This document shows, in pieces, positions 62,529 through 64,000 of a stretch of DNA of 64,000 bases. The DNA lies in NCBI GenBank assembly GCA_950097015.1, contig CATNEN010000005.1:1736001-1800000 (forward strand), given 5' to 3'. The notes under the pieces were generated by a model. That model saw nothing but the letters and a program-made list of their open reading frames with translations. It did no database searches and had not been told where the DNA came from. The first letter of the stretch is position 1. Each line of letters starts with the position of its first letter. Made by a program: the position numbers and the translations under genes. The DNA comes from Macrostomum hystrix (Eukaryota > Animalia > Platyhelminthes).

Positions 62529-64000
62529 CTGGGAATTAAAAATTCAAGAATAGCTTTGTACTACTATGCACACTATATCCTAATTCGGGCTTATGTGATT
62601 ACACTAGCCTTGGTTTAGTTTAGTACAGATTACTAAAGTAGAAGCTAAAATTCAAACAGGTTTTGCTGTGCATCTAAGGCTCTAGAAATTACAGTTGAAT
62701 AGCACACTTGGTAATACACATTTAGACTAATAAAAAAACTAAAGAAATAATTACATTGCAAAATGGTGATGCTGATAGACAAATTGCAAGATGGTGCTGT
62801 CAGTGGCCGATAGTTGATTTTACAAGCTGCAAAATGAAGTGAATTTCATTTTGTAAAACATATTGAGTTTAAAAACAACTTTGTTTAAAAATATTTTATC
62901 AAACACTAAACAACATAATACTTGTTTTAGCAATAAAAGTAAAGTAGGCCTAGCTGCCTAGCAAAACAAGCTAATAAACTATAAAATGAATACAAACTAC
63001 TTATGCTTTATTTTATCTTCTTAGAAGTTAAAATTGTACATAAATATTTAACTTATATAATTGGTTCTATATTTTATAGGAAAAAATTCTAAGTAAATCA
63101 CCTAGTTGACATATGAAGTCAGGACTACATTGCAGTTTTTTATGTGGAAAAAGTTCCATTTGAAATCAATTTTATAGAGAAAAACTAGGCTATCAATTAT
63201 AACAGTGAAAAAGCTATTTAGGATTGACAGAAAAATTGTGCATTATTGATTCAAAAAACGACCCTAACTCATTGATTGGAAGCCTGAACATGACTTTGTA
63301 TATTAAACCATTGCAATATAAACTGTGATATATTTATTGTATCTATGAATTTATATAGCATCTAGCTAGGTCTACTTCAACACACTATTTGCAAACTGTG
63401 ATTTATGCCTATAAAATAGAAGGGAATCACAAGATCTTTTAAGAATCAAAATTGGTTTTAAAGAATAAAAATAGGAAAAATAAGACAGGATAAGCCTATT
63501 TATTACATCCATAGTCAGCTATCAGGAAGGTGGCACAGCATGAGCTGGAATAAATTTTGGAAGGGCAATCTGTGCGCCATCTGTGCACCATCTATGCGCT
63601 GTTTTGTCCTCTAACCCTGACCCTACACAGAAAAGCACCCTTCATATAGGGCCTAATCATATGTCCTTCATACCCCTTATTTGCCACGCTTATGTACCAA
63701 TGTGTGCCTAGACCCTTTGTGTATGCCGCGCTTGTGCACCAATGTGTGCTGAGACCCTTTGTGTGCAATGAGACCCGTTGTGTGCACAGTAATTTCCCCC
63801 TCAGAGGCCACCTTCCTGACTATGGTAGGGGCCTACTACATTAAAGCTGCTATATTAAAATTATAACTTCAAAAAATAGCTAATAAAATAATATAATAAA
63901 ATAAACACATAGTATTAGCCGATATTCAGCATTACCATTCTAGCTAATATAGGCCCTATTTCTAGATATATAACATTGCTAATGTTTTTATCACTGTCAA

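Overview
Eukaryotic (metazoan) genomic DNA with GT-AG introns. The density of intronic minisatellites resembles flatworm genomes such as Macrostomum, but that taxon is only an inference. In order, the window contains: (1) the 3' end of an unidentified + strand ORF; (2) an 11-coding-exon gene for a ~1256-aa protein built almost entirely of ~31 ankyrin repeats, in which most introns carry their own minisatellite and the first and last coding-region introns share a structured ~230-nt element; (3) a spliced neuropeptide-type precursor with a signal peptide, 14 KR-flanked AALSDF/AALADF copies and a C-terminal two-Cys peptide; (4) two tandem ABHD17 depalmitoylase paralogs on the - strand, sharing an apparent gene-conversion tract, one with a ~284-aa Q/E/K tail; (5) a complete, apparently very recent Ty3/Gypsy LTR retrotransposon with a predicted -1 frameshift pseudoknot, inserted beside a 44-bp mini-MITE; (6) most of a TDRD9/spindle-E piRNA-pathway helicase gene on the - strand, 5' end not found. 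Many minisatellites, MITEs and decayed mariner/Tc1, LINE and SINE fragments fill the rest. All alignments, folds and counts were done by eye; no searches were run.
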